A stretch of 63,220 nucleotides of DNA, counting the filler. It is 6 parts of 6 records of this genome, joined end to end, with 100 filler letters (N's around TTAATTAATTAA, not from the genome) between each part and the next. Parts side by side here need not be neighbours in the genome. Positions count along the whole stretch, not along the records: positions 8,398 to 21,802 come from DRR378314_973; positions 21,903 to 38,288 come from DRR378314_980; 4 more parts are not named here. The stretch is one strand, 5' to 3'. The position numbers were made by a program, and so were the translations under genes. Below the pieces are notes generated by a model that saw only the letters and a list, made by a program, of their open reading frames with translations, was not told the DNA's origin and made no database searches. Positions 19,926 to 30,828 of this stretch are shown piece after piece (within the stretch, counting starts at the first letter, position 1; each line of letters begins with the position of its first letter).

Positions 19926-20010
19926 AAAAAGGACCGCACCCAAAGGCGCGGCCAGTCTGACAGGGAGGAAGTGTCACCAGCGCTAAAGGACATAAGCCCT
20001 GGTGACAGAA
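19926..20010 (-). ncRNA. Candidate suhB/alpha-r8 (MmgR-like) small RNA
   Basis: Minus strand: hairpin TGTCACCAG/CTGGTGACA, then TTCCTCCCT-GTC-AGACT, then GGCCGC...GCGGTCC-TTTTT terminator; CATAGT -10 box upstream. Confidence 0.6.
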
Positions 20011-20187
20011 TGACTATGGCGCCGAGAGGTTAACTAAGTATGCTAATCTTCGGGCGATATGCCCGGAAAACGTCAGATGCTGCGTGATAAACCGCTTCAA
20101 TTTTCAGAAATGCCGGTGAAACAGGCTGGATCTGGCGTTAGGACGATGGACGACCAACTTAAATAACACGGCCTGAGAGGACGATTT

Positions 20188-21738
20188 GTGACGCAGGACA
20201 TCTTTATTGGAGGGGGGGGCGAAAACTATGCCACCCAGCAATTTCTTGATCTCGGCTATGCCAACCGCCATGGGCTGATCGCGGGGGCCACGGGAACCGG
20301 CAAAACCGTCACATTGCAAATTCTGGCAGAGGGGTTCTCTGCCGCCGGGGTGCCGGTGTTCCTGTCTGACGTAAAGGGCGACCTATCCGGCCTGGCTAAA
20401 TCCGGCTCTGCGGATCACAAACTTCACGGCCCCTTTACCAGCCGCGCGGATACCATCGGCTTTGACAGCTTTGCCTATGATGCCTTTCCTGTGACCTTCT
20501 GGGATCTGTTTGGCAAACAGGGACATCCGGTGCGCACCACCGTATCCGAAATGGGGCCCTTGCTGCTTTCCCAGCTTCTGGGGCTGACAGAGGCACAGGA
20601 GGGTATCCTGAACATCGCCTTTCGCGTGGCCGATGAAGACGGGCTGCCGCTGCTTGATCTCAAGGATTTGCAGGCCTTGCTGGTCTGGATCGGCCAGAAC
20701 GCAAAGGAACTTGCCCTGCGTTATGGCAATGTGTCTTCAGCCTCCGTGGGGGCGATCCAACGGCGATTGCTGGTGTTGGAAAATCAGGGGGCGAATGATC
20801 TCTTTGGTGAACCGGCATTGGCGCTTGATGACCTGATGCGCTGTTCGGAGGACGGGCGCGGGGTGATCAACATTCTTGCTGCTGATCAGCTGATGGGCTC
20901 CCCGAAACTCTATGCCACTTTCCTGCTTTGGCTGCTCTCCGAACTCTTCGAAGAACTGCCCGAGGTTGGCGACCCCGACAAACCCAAACTGGTCTTCTTC
21001 TTTGACGAGGCACATCTGCTGTTTGATGATGCGCCCAAAGCCTTGGTCGACAAGGTTGAACAGGTCGCACGCCTGATCCGCTCCAAAGGGGTTGGCGTCT
21101 ATTTCATCACGCAAAATCCGGCAGATGTGCCTGATGATATCCTCGGCCAGCTGGGCAACCGGGTGCAACACGCGCTGCGCGCCTTTACTGCCAAAGACCG
21201 CAAGGAATTGCGTATGGCGGCGGAAACCTACCGCGAAAATCCGCGTTTCGACACCGAAGAAGCGATCCGTGAGGTCGGCGTGGGCGAGGCTGTCACCTCT
21301 TTCCTGCAAAAGAAAGGTGTGCCGGGGATTGTGGAACGCACATTGATCCGCCCGCCATCCTCCCAGCTTGGCCCGATTACGACAATGGAACGTACCGAAG
21401 TCATGGCCGCCTCACCGATGTCGGGAAAATACGACACCCGTCTAGATCGCAATTCTGCCTTTGAAATATTGCAAAAACGCGCCGAACAGGCGGCGAAAGA
21501 AGCCGCAGAAGCAGAAGAAAAAGCCGAAGCTGCCGAAACACCCGCACTGCGTGAATTCAACAGTGCAAGGCGTTATGCTGGCAAGGGTGTGACCCGCTCC
21601 ACCTCACGACGTCCGCAGCGAAAATCCCAGGAAGGATTCGGTACTGCGATGGCCAATGTGGTGATGAAGGAACTCAAAGGCACCACCGGCCGCCGCATCG
21701 TGCGCGGCATCCTTGGCGGCCTTTTCAAAGGGCGCTGA
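20188..21738 (+). CDS. DUF853/YjgR HerA-like P-loop ATPase
   Basis: [20 protein letters not shown] Walker [11 protein letters not shown] Walker [14 protein letters not shown]. Confidence 0.9.
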   Translation: MTQDIFIGGGGENYATQQFLDLGYANRHGLIAGATGTGKTVTLQILAEGFSAAGVPVFLSDVKGDLSGLAKSGSADHKLHGPFTSRADTIGFDSFAYDAFPVTFWDLFGKQGHPVRTTVSEMGPLLLSQLLGLTEAQEGILNIAFRVADEDGLPLLDLKDLQALLVWIGQNAKELALRYGNVSSASVGAIQRRLLVLENQGANDLFGEPALALDDLMRCSEDGRGVINILAADQLMGSPKLYATFLLWLLSELFEELPEVGDPDKPKLVFFFDEAHLLFDDAPKALVDKVEQVARLIRSKGVGVYFITQNPADVPDDILGQLGNRVQHALRAFTAKDRKELRMAAETYRENPRFDTEEAIREVGVGEAVTSFLQKKGVPGIVERTLIRPPSSQLGPITTMERTEVMAASPMSGKYDTRLDRNSAFEILQKRAEQAAKEAAEAEEKAEAAETPALREFNSARRYAGKGVTRSTSRRPQRKSQEGFGTAMANVVMKELKGTTGRRIVRGILGGLFKGR

Positions 21739-21747
21739 ATTAAACAA

Positions 21748-21781
21748 GGGGCGCGGGATACACTCCCACGCCCCTCTTTTT
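21748..21781 (+). terminator. Intrinsic terminator
   Basis: GGGGCG-C-GGGA...TCCC-A-CGCCCC followed by CTTTTT. Confidence 0.65.
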
Positions 21782-21802
21782 GGCCCTATATACTGTCCGC
21801 AC

Positions 21803-21902
21803 NNNNNNNNNNNNNNNNNNNNNNNNNNNNNNNNNNNNNNNNNNNNTTAATTAATTAANNNNNNNNNNNNNNNNNNNNNNNNNNNNNNNNNNNNNNNNNN
21901 NN
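21803..21902. other. Artificial contig spacer
   Basis: N-run + TTAATTAATTAA + N-run. Confidence 0.99.
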
Positions 21903-22472
21903 CTATACACCGTAGCGTGGGTTGAGTATCACCAAACCTACGAGCAAAAACTCCCCCCCAAAGCTCGATGCATCCCTTTAAACCGGATTGCAGTAAATTT
22001 GAGAAACTCGCACTTTTTACAAGTAATCAGCAAACGAGTATTAAATATACGCCTAATAATTAACCTGCTTGGGCCTTTACTGCGTATAACTTTAAAAAAA
22101 GTTCAATAATAATCATAATAAGTGTAAATCCATCAGTTAATTGATGGATTTTTTTGCTACAATTGTCTGGCAAGTAATGTGAGTGAGTTCAACAGCACCA
22201 TGTGCAGTTTATCTGCTTCCTCTTAGTGAGGTTGATCTTGGTCAGTATATTGTTTTTGTAAAAGTTATATCATAGAGACGGCTCTATGCTCGAGCTAGCT
22301 TAATCAGTTTTTGATAAAGTCAGGATTATTCGAGCATGAGGCTGTTAATAACCTTGTTTTAATAATGGGTTTTAATTATGATCGCTTCTATTTTAAAATT
22401 TCGAAAAATTAACCTGCTGTAACTGATGTTCTCAATATAGCAAGTGTTGGGAATCATAGTGGAGATAAGTGG

Positions 22473-23063
22473 ATGAGCAATGCGCCTGTAGACAATGGCC
22501 GACGTCGCTTTTTAACCATAGCTACCTCTGTTGTTGGTGGTGTTGGTGCGGCTGGGGCTGCTGTTCCTTTTATTGCGTCTTGGAATCCAAGTGAGCGAGC
22601 TAAATCTGCGGGTGCGCCTGTAGAAGTAGATATCAGCAAACTTGAGCCAGGACAATTAATACGTGTCGAGTGGCGTGGTAAACCTGTATGGGTTGTATCA
22701 CGGACCCCAAAAATGCTTGAGCAGATGAAAGCTCACGAAGGTCAACTTCGTGATCCGCAATCGCAAGAGCCACAACAATTAGAATCATCAACGAATGATT
22801 TCCGTTCAATACGTCCAGAGATTTTTGTCGCTGTTGGTATTTGTACGCATCTAGGGTGTTCACCTAGCTTCCTACAAGGTGGCTTTGGTGAAAAAGTGGA
22901 AGGGACTGAAGACGGTTTTTACTGTCCATGTCATGGTTCTAAATTTGATATGGCTGGCCGTGTTTTCCAATCGGTACCAGCACCATTAAACCTAGAAATT
23001 CCACCATATACTTTTCTTGATGAGACCACTATTTTAGTGGGCGAAGAACAAGGGGTGGCCTAA
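22473..23063 (+). CDS. petA: Ubiquinol-cytochrome c reductase Rieske Fe-S subunit
   Basis: RRRFL Tat motif; CTHLGC and CPCHGS. Confidence 0.97.
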   Translation: MSNAPVDNGRRRFLTIATSVVGGVGAAGAAVPFIASWNPSERAKSAGAPVEVDISKLEPGQLIRVEWRGKPVWVVSRTPKMLEQMKAHEGQLRDPQSQEPQQLESSTNDFRSIRPEIFVAVGICTHLGCSPSFLQGGFGEKVEGTEDGFYCPCHGSKFDMAGRVFQSVPAPLNLEIPPYTFLDETTILVGEEQGVA

Positions 23064-24328
23064 TGTTTGGTAAAATTGTTGATTGGATAGACGACCGTAT
23101 CCCAATGACACGTGTTTGGAACATGCATATTGCACAGTATCCAGCACCTAAAAACTTTAACTTCTGGTACTTCTTTGGCTCGCTAGCCATGCTAGTACTA
23201 GTAAACCAAATCCTAACTGGGATTTGGTTGACAATGAACTACGTGCCTTCAGCAGAAGGGGCGTTTGCTTCTATTGAATACATCATGCGTGATGTTGAGT
23301 ATGGTTGGCTCTTACGCTATCTACATTCAACGGGTGCATCAGCATTCTTCATTGTTGTATACCTTCATATGTTCCGTGGCATGATCTACGGTTCTTACCA
23401 AAAGCCGCGTGAATTACTGTGGTTATTCGGTATGTTCATCTTCTTAGCCCTAATGGCTGAAGCGTTCATGGGGTATTTATTACCATGGGGCCAAATGTCG
23501 TTCTGGGGTGCACAGGTAATTATCTCACTATTCGGTGCTATTCCGGTTATTGGTGACGATTTAACACTGTGGATCCGTGGTGACTACGTAATTTCTGGTG
23601 CAACGCTTAACCGCTTCTTTGCATTACATGTAATTGCATTGCCATTGGTTATTGTTATTTTAGTATTCTTACACATTGTTGCACTACATGAAGTGGGTTC
23701 AAACAACCCAGATGGTATTGATAACAAACGTAAAAAAGGAACTGTGGCTGAAGAAGACAAGCCTAAATTTAAGTTCCATGAATACTATACTGATAAGAAA
23801 GACATCATTGATGCAATTCCGTTCCATCCTTACTATACAGTTAAAGATATTGTGGGCGTGGTTGGTTTCTTAATCTTGTTCTGTTGGGTTGTGTTCTTTA
23901 TGCCAGCGATGGGCGGCTTCTTCTTAGAAGCGCCAAACTTTGAAGCTGCTAATCCACTTAAAACACCAGAGCATATTTTCCCTGTTTGGTACTTCACGCC
24001 ATTCTATGCAATCTTACGTGCAATCCCTGATAAATTAATGGGTGTTGCTGCAATGGGTGCATCAATTGTCGTACTAGCATTATTACCTTGGATTGACCGT
24101 GGTTCGGTTCGTTCAGTTCGTTACCGTTGTGGTTTCCACAAATGGAACATTGCAGGTTTTGTTGTTACTTTCGTTCTTCTAGGTTGGGTTGGTGCTACAC
24201 CACAAACTGACTTTAAAACGATTGTTTCGCAAGTCTGTACTGTGACTTACTTTATGTTCTTCGTACTGTTATTTGTTTACAGTAAGAATGAAAAAACTAA
24301 GCCATTGCCTGAGAGGTTAACGAAATGA
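23063..24328 (+). CDS. petB: Cytochrome b
   Basis: LRYLHSTGAS, GYLLPWGQMSFWGAQVI, RFFALH, PVWY (gammaproteobacterial PEWY variant). Confidence 0.97.
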   Translation: MFGKIVDWIDDRIPMTRVWNMHIAQYPAPKNFNFWYFFGSLAMLVLVNQILTGIWLTMNYVPSAEGAFASIEYIMRDVEYGWLLRYLHSTGASAFFIVVYLHMFRGMIYGSYQKPRELLWLFGMFIFLALMAEAFMGYLLPWGQMSFWGAQVIISLFGAIPVIGDDLTLWIRGDYVISGATLNRFFALHVIALPLVIVILVFLHIVALHEVGSNNPDGIDNKRKKGTVAEEDKPKFKFHEYYTDKKDIIDAIPFHPYYTVKDIVGVVGFLILFCWVVFFMPAMGGFFLEAPNFEAANPLKTPEHIFPVWYFTPFYAILRAIPDKLMGVAAMGASIVVLALLPWIDRGSVRSVRYRCGFHKWNIAGFVVTFVLLGWVGATPQTDFKTIVSQVCTVTYFMFFVLLFVYSKNEKTKPLPERLTK

Positions 24329-25068
24329 TGAAAAAACTACTTATTGGTTTATTCGCTTTATCAGTAAACGTGTTACCTGCAATGGCGGCAGGTCCGTCAG
24401 TTCCTTTAATGGAAGCGGGTAACGATATATCTGATCAACCTTCTTTGCAGCGTGGCGCAAAGTTGTTCATGAACTACTGCCTAGGTTGTCACCAAATGCA
24501 GTATCAACGTTATGAACGTACTTTTCGTGACATTGGAATTCCAACAGAGGTTGGTAAAGAACAACTTATCTTTGATGGTTCAAAAGTAGGTGGCCACATT
24601 CTTAATGCTATGGCTAAAGAAGATGCTGCAAAATGGTTTGGCGCAGCGCCACCTGATTTAACTAATGTTGCACGAGTTCGTGGTAGTGATTGGATTTATA
24701 CTTACTTAAAATCATTTTACAAAGACGAATCTCGTCCATTTGGCGTGAATAATACGTTATTCCCATCAGTAGGTATGCCTCATGTTCTACAAGAACTGCA
24801 AGGTTTACCAACACCTATAGTCGAAGAAGTTGAAGAAAATGGTCACACTGTGACTAAGGTCGTCGGCACTGAGACAGATGGTACTGGTGAAATGAGCGTG
24901 GATGAATACGACCAAGCGGCTCGTGACTTAACTAACTTCCTTGAGTATGTAGGTGAGCCTACACGTCTTGAGTCTGAAGCGTTAGGTATTAAGGTAATAG
25001 GGTTCTTAATTATCCTATTTATCTTGGCATTCATGCTGAAGAAAGAATACTGGAGAGATGTTCATTAA
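24325..25068 (+). CDS. petC: Cytochrome c1
   Basis: CLGCH heme site, PPDL, GMP, C-terminal TM anchor. Confidence 0.96.
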   Translation: MMKKLLIGLFALSVNVLPAMAAGPSVPLMEAGNDISDQPSLQRGAKLFMNYCLGCHQMQYQRYERTFRDIGIPTEVGKEQLIFDGSKVGGHILNAMAKEDAAKWFGAAPPDLTNVARVRGSDWIYTYLKSFYKDESRPFGVNNTLFPSVGMPHVLQELQGLPTPIVEEVEENGHTVTKVVGTETDGTGEMSVDEYDQAARDLTNFLEYVGEPTRLESEALGIKVIGFLIILFILAFMLKKEYWRDVH

Positions 25069-25147
25069 TTTTGAACATATTTAAAGGTAATTTTGCAATA
25101 GGGGCTTAAGCCCCTATTGCTGTTTTAGTTATATAATGGAGGTAGGC

Positions 25148-25774
25148 ATGGCCGTAGCTGCCAATAAGCGCCCTGTAATGACCCTTTTTTCTGGTGCTAA
25201 CTGTATGTATAGTCACCAAGTACGTATTGTACTTGCAGAAAAAGGTGTAAGTGTAGATATTCATTTGGCTGAAAAGGATAATCTGCCAGAAGCACTTCAC
25301 GAAATTAACCCTTACGGTACAGTGCCAACACTGATTGACCGTGAGCTTGGTTTATATCAGGCAAACATCATCATGGAATACCTTGATGAACGTTTTCCTC
25401 ATCCTCCACTAATGCCTGTTTACCCGGTAATGCGTGGTCGTAGCCGTTTGATGATGCACCGTATCGATACTGACTGGTATAGCCTAGCAGCAAAAATTTA
25501 TGCTAATGGTGCTGAATCAGCTCAAGCTCGTAAAGAGCTAACTGAAGCACTACTAGCAGTATCAGCAATCTTTACTGAAGCGCCATACTTTATGAGCGAA
25601 GAATTCAGCTTAGTTGATTGTTACTTAGCACCTCTATTATGGCGTTTACCAGAACTTGGTATTGAGCTAAATGGTGCAGGTTCTAAAGAAATGAAAGAGT
25701 ACATGATTCGTTTATTCGAACGTGAATCTTTCCAAGCTTCTTTAACAGAAGCTGAGCGTGAGATCCGCTTGTAA
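25148..25774 (+). CDS. sspA: Stringent starvation protein A
   Basis: MAVAANKRPVMTLFS, IIMEYLDERFPHPPLMPVYPV. Confidence 0.96.
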   Translation: MAVAANKRPVMTLFSGANCMYSHQVRIVLAEKGVSVDIHLAEKDNLPEALHEINPYGTVPTLIDRELGLYQANIIMEYLDERFPHPPLMPVYPVMRGRSRLMMHRIDTDWYSLAAKIYANGAESAQARKELTEALLAVSAIFTEAPYFMSEEFSLVDCYLAPLLWRLPELGIELNGAGSKEMKEYMIRLFERESFQASLTEAEREIRL

Positions 25775-26214
25775 TGACATCTAATCGTCCTTATTTGCTT
25801 CGTGCATTTTTTGATTGGATTGTTGATAATCAGTGTACACCACATCTAGTAGTGAACGCTGATTTTCCTGCAGTGCAAATTCCAACTCAATTTGTCCAAG
25901 ATGGTCAGATTGTTTTGAATATTAGCCCGTCAGCCGTTACGCAGTTTTCGATGGATAACCAACAATTAAGTTTTAATGCTCGATTTGGTGGTCAACCAAT
26001 GCAAGTATATGTACCAATAGGTGCTGTACTTGCAATATATGCACGCGAAAACGGTGAAGGAACTGTATTTACTGCAGAAGAGTTTTTAGAGGACGAAGAC
26101 GATTTTGCACTACAGCCTGAGCCGGTTGAATTAGTTGATGACCCGATCATTGATGAGCCTGCGTCACCTAAACCTGACAAGAAGAAAGGCTCCCATTTGC
26201 GTGTTATAAAATAA
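25774..26214 (+). CDS. sspB: ClpXP adaptor, stringent starvation protein B
   Basis: RPYLLRAFFDWIVDN, AIYARENGEG, C-terminal LRVIK. Confidence 0.96.
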   Translation: MTSNRPYLLRAFFDWIVDNQCTPHLVVNADFPAVQIPTQFVQDGQIVLNISPSAVTQFSMDNQQLSFNARFGGQPMQVYVPIGAVLAIYARENGEGTVFTAEEFLEDEDDFALQPEPVELVDDPIIDEPASPKPDKKKGSHLRVIK

Positions 26215-26228
26215 AACGTGAATAATTA

Positions 26229-26255
26229 AAAAAACCGCTTTATAGCGGTTTTTTT
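26229..26255 (+). terminator. Intrinsic terminator after sspB
   Basis: AAAAAAACCGCT-TTAT-AGCGGTTTTTTT. Confidence 0.8.
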
Positions 26256-26474
26256 GTGCCTGTAAGATTATAAACAGTTTAGTTAATGGATTTGATATTC
26301 CAGCTCTGAGTCTTAATACACACTATTTGATAAACTTTGTTACACATTAAAATCGTTTGCCATTGCACAGTCATATATTGTTTTGCAGATCAGGTTTAAA
26401 ATGATGGATGCGAATAGATTGATGAGGTTTATCGTTTCTACGCATTTAATCAATAATTAAAAAACGAGGCTTTC

Positions 26475-28535
26475 ATGAAAAAAGTAACGCTTACGGCAGC
26501 AAGTATTGCGCTGGCATTGGGTTTAGTAGGGTGCGGGGAAAAACAACAAGCAGAAATAGCAGCACCTCAAACACAAGTCCAGCAATTGGATTCAGGAATA
26601 GAGTTAGCGAATATGGACAAATCAGTTCGAGCGCAAGATGACTTTTATTACCACGTGAATGGTCAATGGTTAGAGACAACACAGATTCCGGGTGATAAAT
26701 CTAATTATGGATCTTTTACACAACTATATGACGACTCTCAAAAAGCAATGAAGGCTGTATTAGAAAAAGCAGCAGCGAATAAGTCGGTTAAAGCTGGTAC
26801 TGATGAGTTTAAATTAGCCTCATTTTATAATAGCTATATGAATGAAGCTAAACGTGAAGCGCTTGGAATTCAACCTTTAACGCCTGTGTTAAAGAATATT
26901 GATGAAGTTAAAGCTAAAAGTGATTTGGTCACGTTAATGGCTCAGTTACGTATTCAAGGTGGTAGCGCACCGTTTGGTTGGTATGTTAACAATGACGCTA
27001 AAAACTCAAGTGAATATGCTCTTTATGCTTATCAGTCAGGTCTGGGCTTACCTGATCGTGATTACTATTTAAAAGATGATGAAAAGTTTAGCAAAATACG
27101 TGAAGAGTATAAGGCATACATTACTGCTGTGCTTGAACGAGCAAATGTAGAAAATGCAAAAAGCGCCGCAGAAACAATTTTAGCGTTAGAGAAAACCATT
27201 GCACAGGCACAGTGGAGCAGAGTGGAAAGCCGCGATGCAACTAAATCTTATAATAAGATGAGTATATCTGATGCGAGTAAGCTTACAGGTACATTTGACT
27301 TAGAGACATATTTTACAGCCTCAGGTGTGGACTCAACGGATATTATTGTTGGGCAGCCTAGCTACTTTGAAAAGTTTGCTAGTATTTATAGCGACACGGA
27401 TTTAGATACGTGGAAAAATTATCTGAAATTTCATTTCGTTAATAATTATGCAAGGCTGTTAAACAAAGATTTGGTCAACTTAAACTTTGATTTTTACAGT
27501 ACCACTTTGCGAGGTGTAAAAGAGCAAGCTCCACTGTGGAAAAAAACGGTGGATGCCTCTAACAGTGTATTGGGCGAAATTTTAGGCAAGGTTTACGTTA
27601 AAGAAAACTTCCCGCCTGAAGCCAAAGAACGAATGGAAGAGTTAGTCGATAACGTTATTCTAGGCTATGGTGTTGCTATTGAAAACCTAGAATGGATGAG
27701 TCCTGAAACAAAATTAGCAGCCAAAGAGAAGCTGGACAAGTTCACGCCTAAAATTGGTTATCCCGACAAGTGGAAAGATTACTCTAAGTTGGAAATCAAA
27801 TCGGATGATTTGGTTGGAAATTATATTCGCTTTAGTGAATGGTCATACGCAGATATGACGGCGAAGCTTGGTCAACCTGTTGATCGGTCTGAATGGCATA
27901 TGACTCCACAAACGGTAAACGCGTATTACAACCCGGTTAATAATGAAATAGTATTCCCAGCAGCAATATTACAACCACCGTTCTTTAATTTAGAGGCTGA
28001 TGATGCAGTAAATTACGGGGCAATCGGTGCTGTTATTGGACATGAGTTAGGGCATGGTTTTGACGATCAAGGTGCTAAATATGATGGTGATGGTAACTTG
28101 CGCAACTGGTGGAGCGAATCAGACCTCAAACAATTTGAAGAGCGTACAGCGCAGTTAGTTGCACAATATAATGAATATAAGCCATTTGAAGATGCAGCTG
28201 TCAATGGTGAGCTAACATTAGGCGAAAACATTGGTGACTTAGGTGGTTTAACCGTTGCCTATACCGCATACCAATTATCATTAGGTGAAACCAAAGCGCC
28301 TATCATTGATGGCTACACTGGTGAGCAGCGCTTCTTTATGGGTTGGTCACAAATCTGGCGTCGTAAATACCGTGATGAAGAGTTACGCAACAGACTGATG
28401 ACTGACTCTCATTCACCGAGCCATTATCGCGTTATTGGTATTTTGTCTAACATGCCGGAGTTTTATCAAGCATTTGATGTAAAAGAGGGAGACAAAATGT
28501 ACATCAAACCAGCAGACCGAGTTAAAATTTGGTAG
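26475..28535 (+). CDS. M13-family (neprilysin/PepO-like) zinc endopeptidase, lipoprotein
   Basis: LVGC lipobox; VNAYY, HELGH, ENIGD, HSPSHYR. Confidence 0.93.
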   Translation: MKKVTLTAASIALALGLVGCGEKQQAEIAAPQTQVQQLDSGIELANMDKSVRAQDDFYYHVNGQWLETTQIPGDKSNYGSFTQLYDDSQKAMKAVLEKAAANKSVKAGTDEFKLASFYNSYMNEAKREALGIQPLTPVLKNIDEVKAKSDLVTLMAQLRIQGGSAPFGWYVNNDAKNSSEYALYAYQSGLGLPDRDYYLKDDEKFSKIREEYKAYITAVLERANVENAKSAAETILALEKTIAQAQWSRVESRDATKSYNKMSISDASKLTGTFDLETYFTASGVDSTDIIVGQPSYFEKFASIYSDTDLDTWKNYLKFHFVNNYARLLNKDLVNLNFDFYSTTLRGVKEQAPLWKKTVDASNSVLGEILGKVYVKENFPPEAKERMEELVDNVILGYGVAIENLEWMSPETKLAAKEKLDKFTPKIGYPDKWKDYSKLEIKSDDLVGNYIRFSEWSYADMTAKLGQPVDRSEWHMTPQTVNAYYNPVNNEIVFPAAILQPPFFNLEADDAVNYGAIGAVIGHELGHGFDDQGAKYDGDGNLRNWWSESDLKQFEERTAQLVAQYNEYKPFEDAAVNGELTLGENIGDLGGLTVAYTAYQLSLGETKAPIIDGYTGEQRFFMGWSQIWRRKYRDEELRNRLMTDSHSPSHYRVIGILSNMPEFYQAFDVKEGDKMYIKPADRVKIW

Positions 28536-28561
28536 TCGTCTTTTTTAGATAGATGTTTAAT

Positions 28562-28591
28562 CGGTGGCCTAATCATCAGGCCACCGTTTTT
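28562..28591 (+). terminator. Intrinsic terminator
   Basis: CGGTGGCCT...AGGCCACCG-TTTTT. Confidence 0.75.
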
Positions 28592-28683
28592 GCTTTATAA
28601 CCGTTTAATCCTACCTGTGTTCAGCTAGACCTATTATTGAAAGCTGGTACAATTCTTCCCAATAAAAATAATATGAGTTAGTC

Positions 28684-29565
28684 ATGGAAAAAAGTAAACA
28701 CTCGCTCAGTTTGGTTGTACTTGCCGGTGGTTTAGGTAGTCGCTTTGGTGGTAATAAGCAAATTGCAGAAGTGGCTGGGCTAGGTTGTACAATAATGGAA
28801 TTGAGCATCGCTGATGCACACTCTGCGGGAGTTACTCAAGTAGTACTTGTCATTAACCAAAATGTTAGAGCGGAGGTTGAAAATACAATCTTACCTCGAT
28901 TACCGCAAGGTCTAGAGGTGCTACTTGTAGAGCAGCATATTGATTCAGTTCCACAGCGCTTTGTTGATTTAGCTAGTAATAGAGTTAAACCTTGGGGTAC
29001 AGGCCACGCATTATTATGTGCTAAAGAGCACATTAAAAACCCAGCTATTGTGATTACGGCAGATGATTACTACGGGGCTTCGTCATTTAAAATACTCAGT
29101 GACCATTTTAAGTCTGAACAAAGTTGGGCCATGGTCGGATACCCTATTGAGGCCACATTATCAACACAAGGGGGTGTTAACAGAGGCATCTGCCAAGTTG
29201 ATAGTGGTTATTTACAAGGGGTAGAGGAGTATTTAAATATCACTCAAAGCGATACGGGGTTAACAGGAGTAAATCCACTCGGTGAGCAAAAACAAATAGC
29301 GATGGAAGCCTTAAGCTCAATGAGTTTTTGGGGGATTACTCCTACTTTTCTTGAGCGTTTGGAACATGGTTTTGTTGAGTTTTTAGAAATGCATGACAGC
29401 GATGTCAAAAGGGAGTATTATTTACCCGATCAAATACAGTGGTCAATCATTAACAATAAACAAAAAGTCCGCGTTTATACGGCCCAAGAGTCGTGGTATG
29501 GCGTGACTTACAAGTCTGAGTTACAGGATGTTGCAGGGAAATTATATGAACTACGCCATGGATGA
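28684..29565 (+). CDS. Sugar-phosphate nucleotidyltransferase
   Basis: LAGGLGSRFGGNKQ, KPWGTGHA, ADDYYG, EYYLP, WYGVTY. Confidence 0.88.
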   Translation: MEKSKHSLSLVVLAGGLGSRFGGNKQIAEVAGLGCTIMELSIADAHSAGVTQVVLVINQNVRAEVENTILPRLPQGLEVLLVEQHIDSVPQRFVDLASNRVKPWGTGHALLCAKEHIKNPAIVITADDYYGASSFKILSDHFKSEQSWAMVGYPIEATLSTQGGVNRGICQVDSGYLQGVEEYLNITQSDTGLTGVNPLGEQKQIAMEALSSMSFWGITPTFLERLEHGFVEFLEMHDSDVKREYYLPDQIQWSIINNKQKVRVYTAQESWYGVTYKSELQDVAGKLYELRHG

Positions 29566-30688
29566 GGTAATCCCATCCCAGCCCTTTTCTGGGCACGAAA
29601 ATAGTGAAATAGGTATGAAGTTAGACCCAGTTGCGGTGCAGTTGTCAGAAAGCTTTGGGCTTGGCAATGAATGTGTAAGCATTAAACCAATCGGTAATGG
29701 TCATATTAATAGCACCATGTTATTGACGATGCCTGAGAAGTCATTGGTAGTACAAAAGTTGAATACAGAGGTGTTTCCAGAGCCGGAGATGTTAGTTAAG
29801 AATGCTCGACTCATTGAGCGTCATTTAACTCAAAAACATCAATCAGGAAATTATGAGTTAGACATTATTAGGCATGTACCTACTCAGTCAAGTGAGTTCT
29901 TAGTGGACTGTGATCAAGGTGTGTGGCGTGCTCTCGAATTTATTGGCGGCAGTTATAGTGAAGATGTAGTAGCGAATACTTCACAAGCAGAAATTGCCGC
30001 CAATGCGTTTGGACAGTTTGCAGCAGCACTAGAAGATTTTGATGCTGAGCAACTGCATCATGTTATTCCTGATTTTCATAATTTAGCAATGCGCGGCAAA
30101 AACTTCAAAGCAGTGATAGAGCAAGATCCGGTATCACGTTTGGCGAGTTGTCAGTCAGAAGTAGACTTTTGTTTATCTCAGTTTGGTTTGATTGATGAAT
30201 TAAAAGCCCTGGCAGGAAACGTACCTGTTAGACCATGTCATAATGATACTAAAATTAATAACATGTTGTTTTGTAATAAGTCACATACGGCCAAGGCTGT
30301 TATTGATTTAGATACCTGTATGCCTGGATATTGGTTGTATGATTTTGGCGATATGGTGCGTACTTTTTGTTCTCCAGAAGAAGAAGATTCAACTAATCTA
30401 GATAATGTACGCGTGCGCGAAGAGATTTTTGCAGCTGTGGTAAAGGGCTATATTGAGCCATTAAAAGGCCTCATTACAGATGAAGAGAAGCAAAGTTTCT
30501 GGTTGGGTACAAAAGTGATGACCTTTATGATAGGTCTACGCTTTCTTACTGATTATATTGATGGCGACAATTATTTTGCGACAAAACACGCAACACATAA
30601 CCTTGAGCGTGCGCAAAACCAATTTGCACTTTACCGTGATATCATCGCTAAAAAGCAAATACTCAAAGCAATCATAAGCGACGTTTAA
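29558..30688 (+). CDS. APH-fold phosphotransferase, N-acetylhexosamine 1-kinase-like
   Basis: GNGHINST, IPDFHN, HNDTKINN, VIDLDT, DFGD, GLRFLTDY; start uncertain (29528-29558). Confidence 0.82.
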   Translation: MDEVIPSQPFSGHENSEIGMKLDPVAVQLSESFGLGNECVSIKPIGNGHINSTMLLTMPEKSLVVQKLNTEVFPEPEMLVKNARLIERHLTQKHQSGNYELDIIRHVPTQSSEFLVDCDQGVWRALEFIGGSYSEDVVANTSQAEIAANAFGQFAAALEDFDAEQLHHVIPDFHNLAMRGKNFKAVIEQDPVSRLASCQSEVDFCLSQFGLIDELKALAGNVPVRPCHNDTKINNMLFCNKSHTAKAVIDLDTCMPGYWLYDFGDMVRTFCSPEEEDSTNLDNVRVREEIFAAVVKGYIEPLKGLITDEEKQSFWLGTKVMTFMIGLRFLTDYIDGDNYFATKHATHNLERAQNQFALYRDIIAKKQILKAIISDV

Positions 30689-30828
30689 TTAATAAGCCTA
30701 GCGTGTCTTGCGCTAGGCTTAACTTCTCATTCCTCAGCTCACCGCATATTCTTGTTAATTACCTTGGTCTACTTTACCTCTACAGCTATCTTAGGTAAGT
30801 TAAACTTAGGTTTATCAAGGAAAAAATA

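Noticed and set aside
22232-22245. FNR-like box TTGAT-N4-GTCAG upstream of petA
   Set aside because: Two mismatches in AT-rich DNA; too weak to call.
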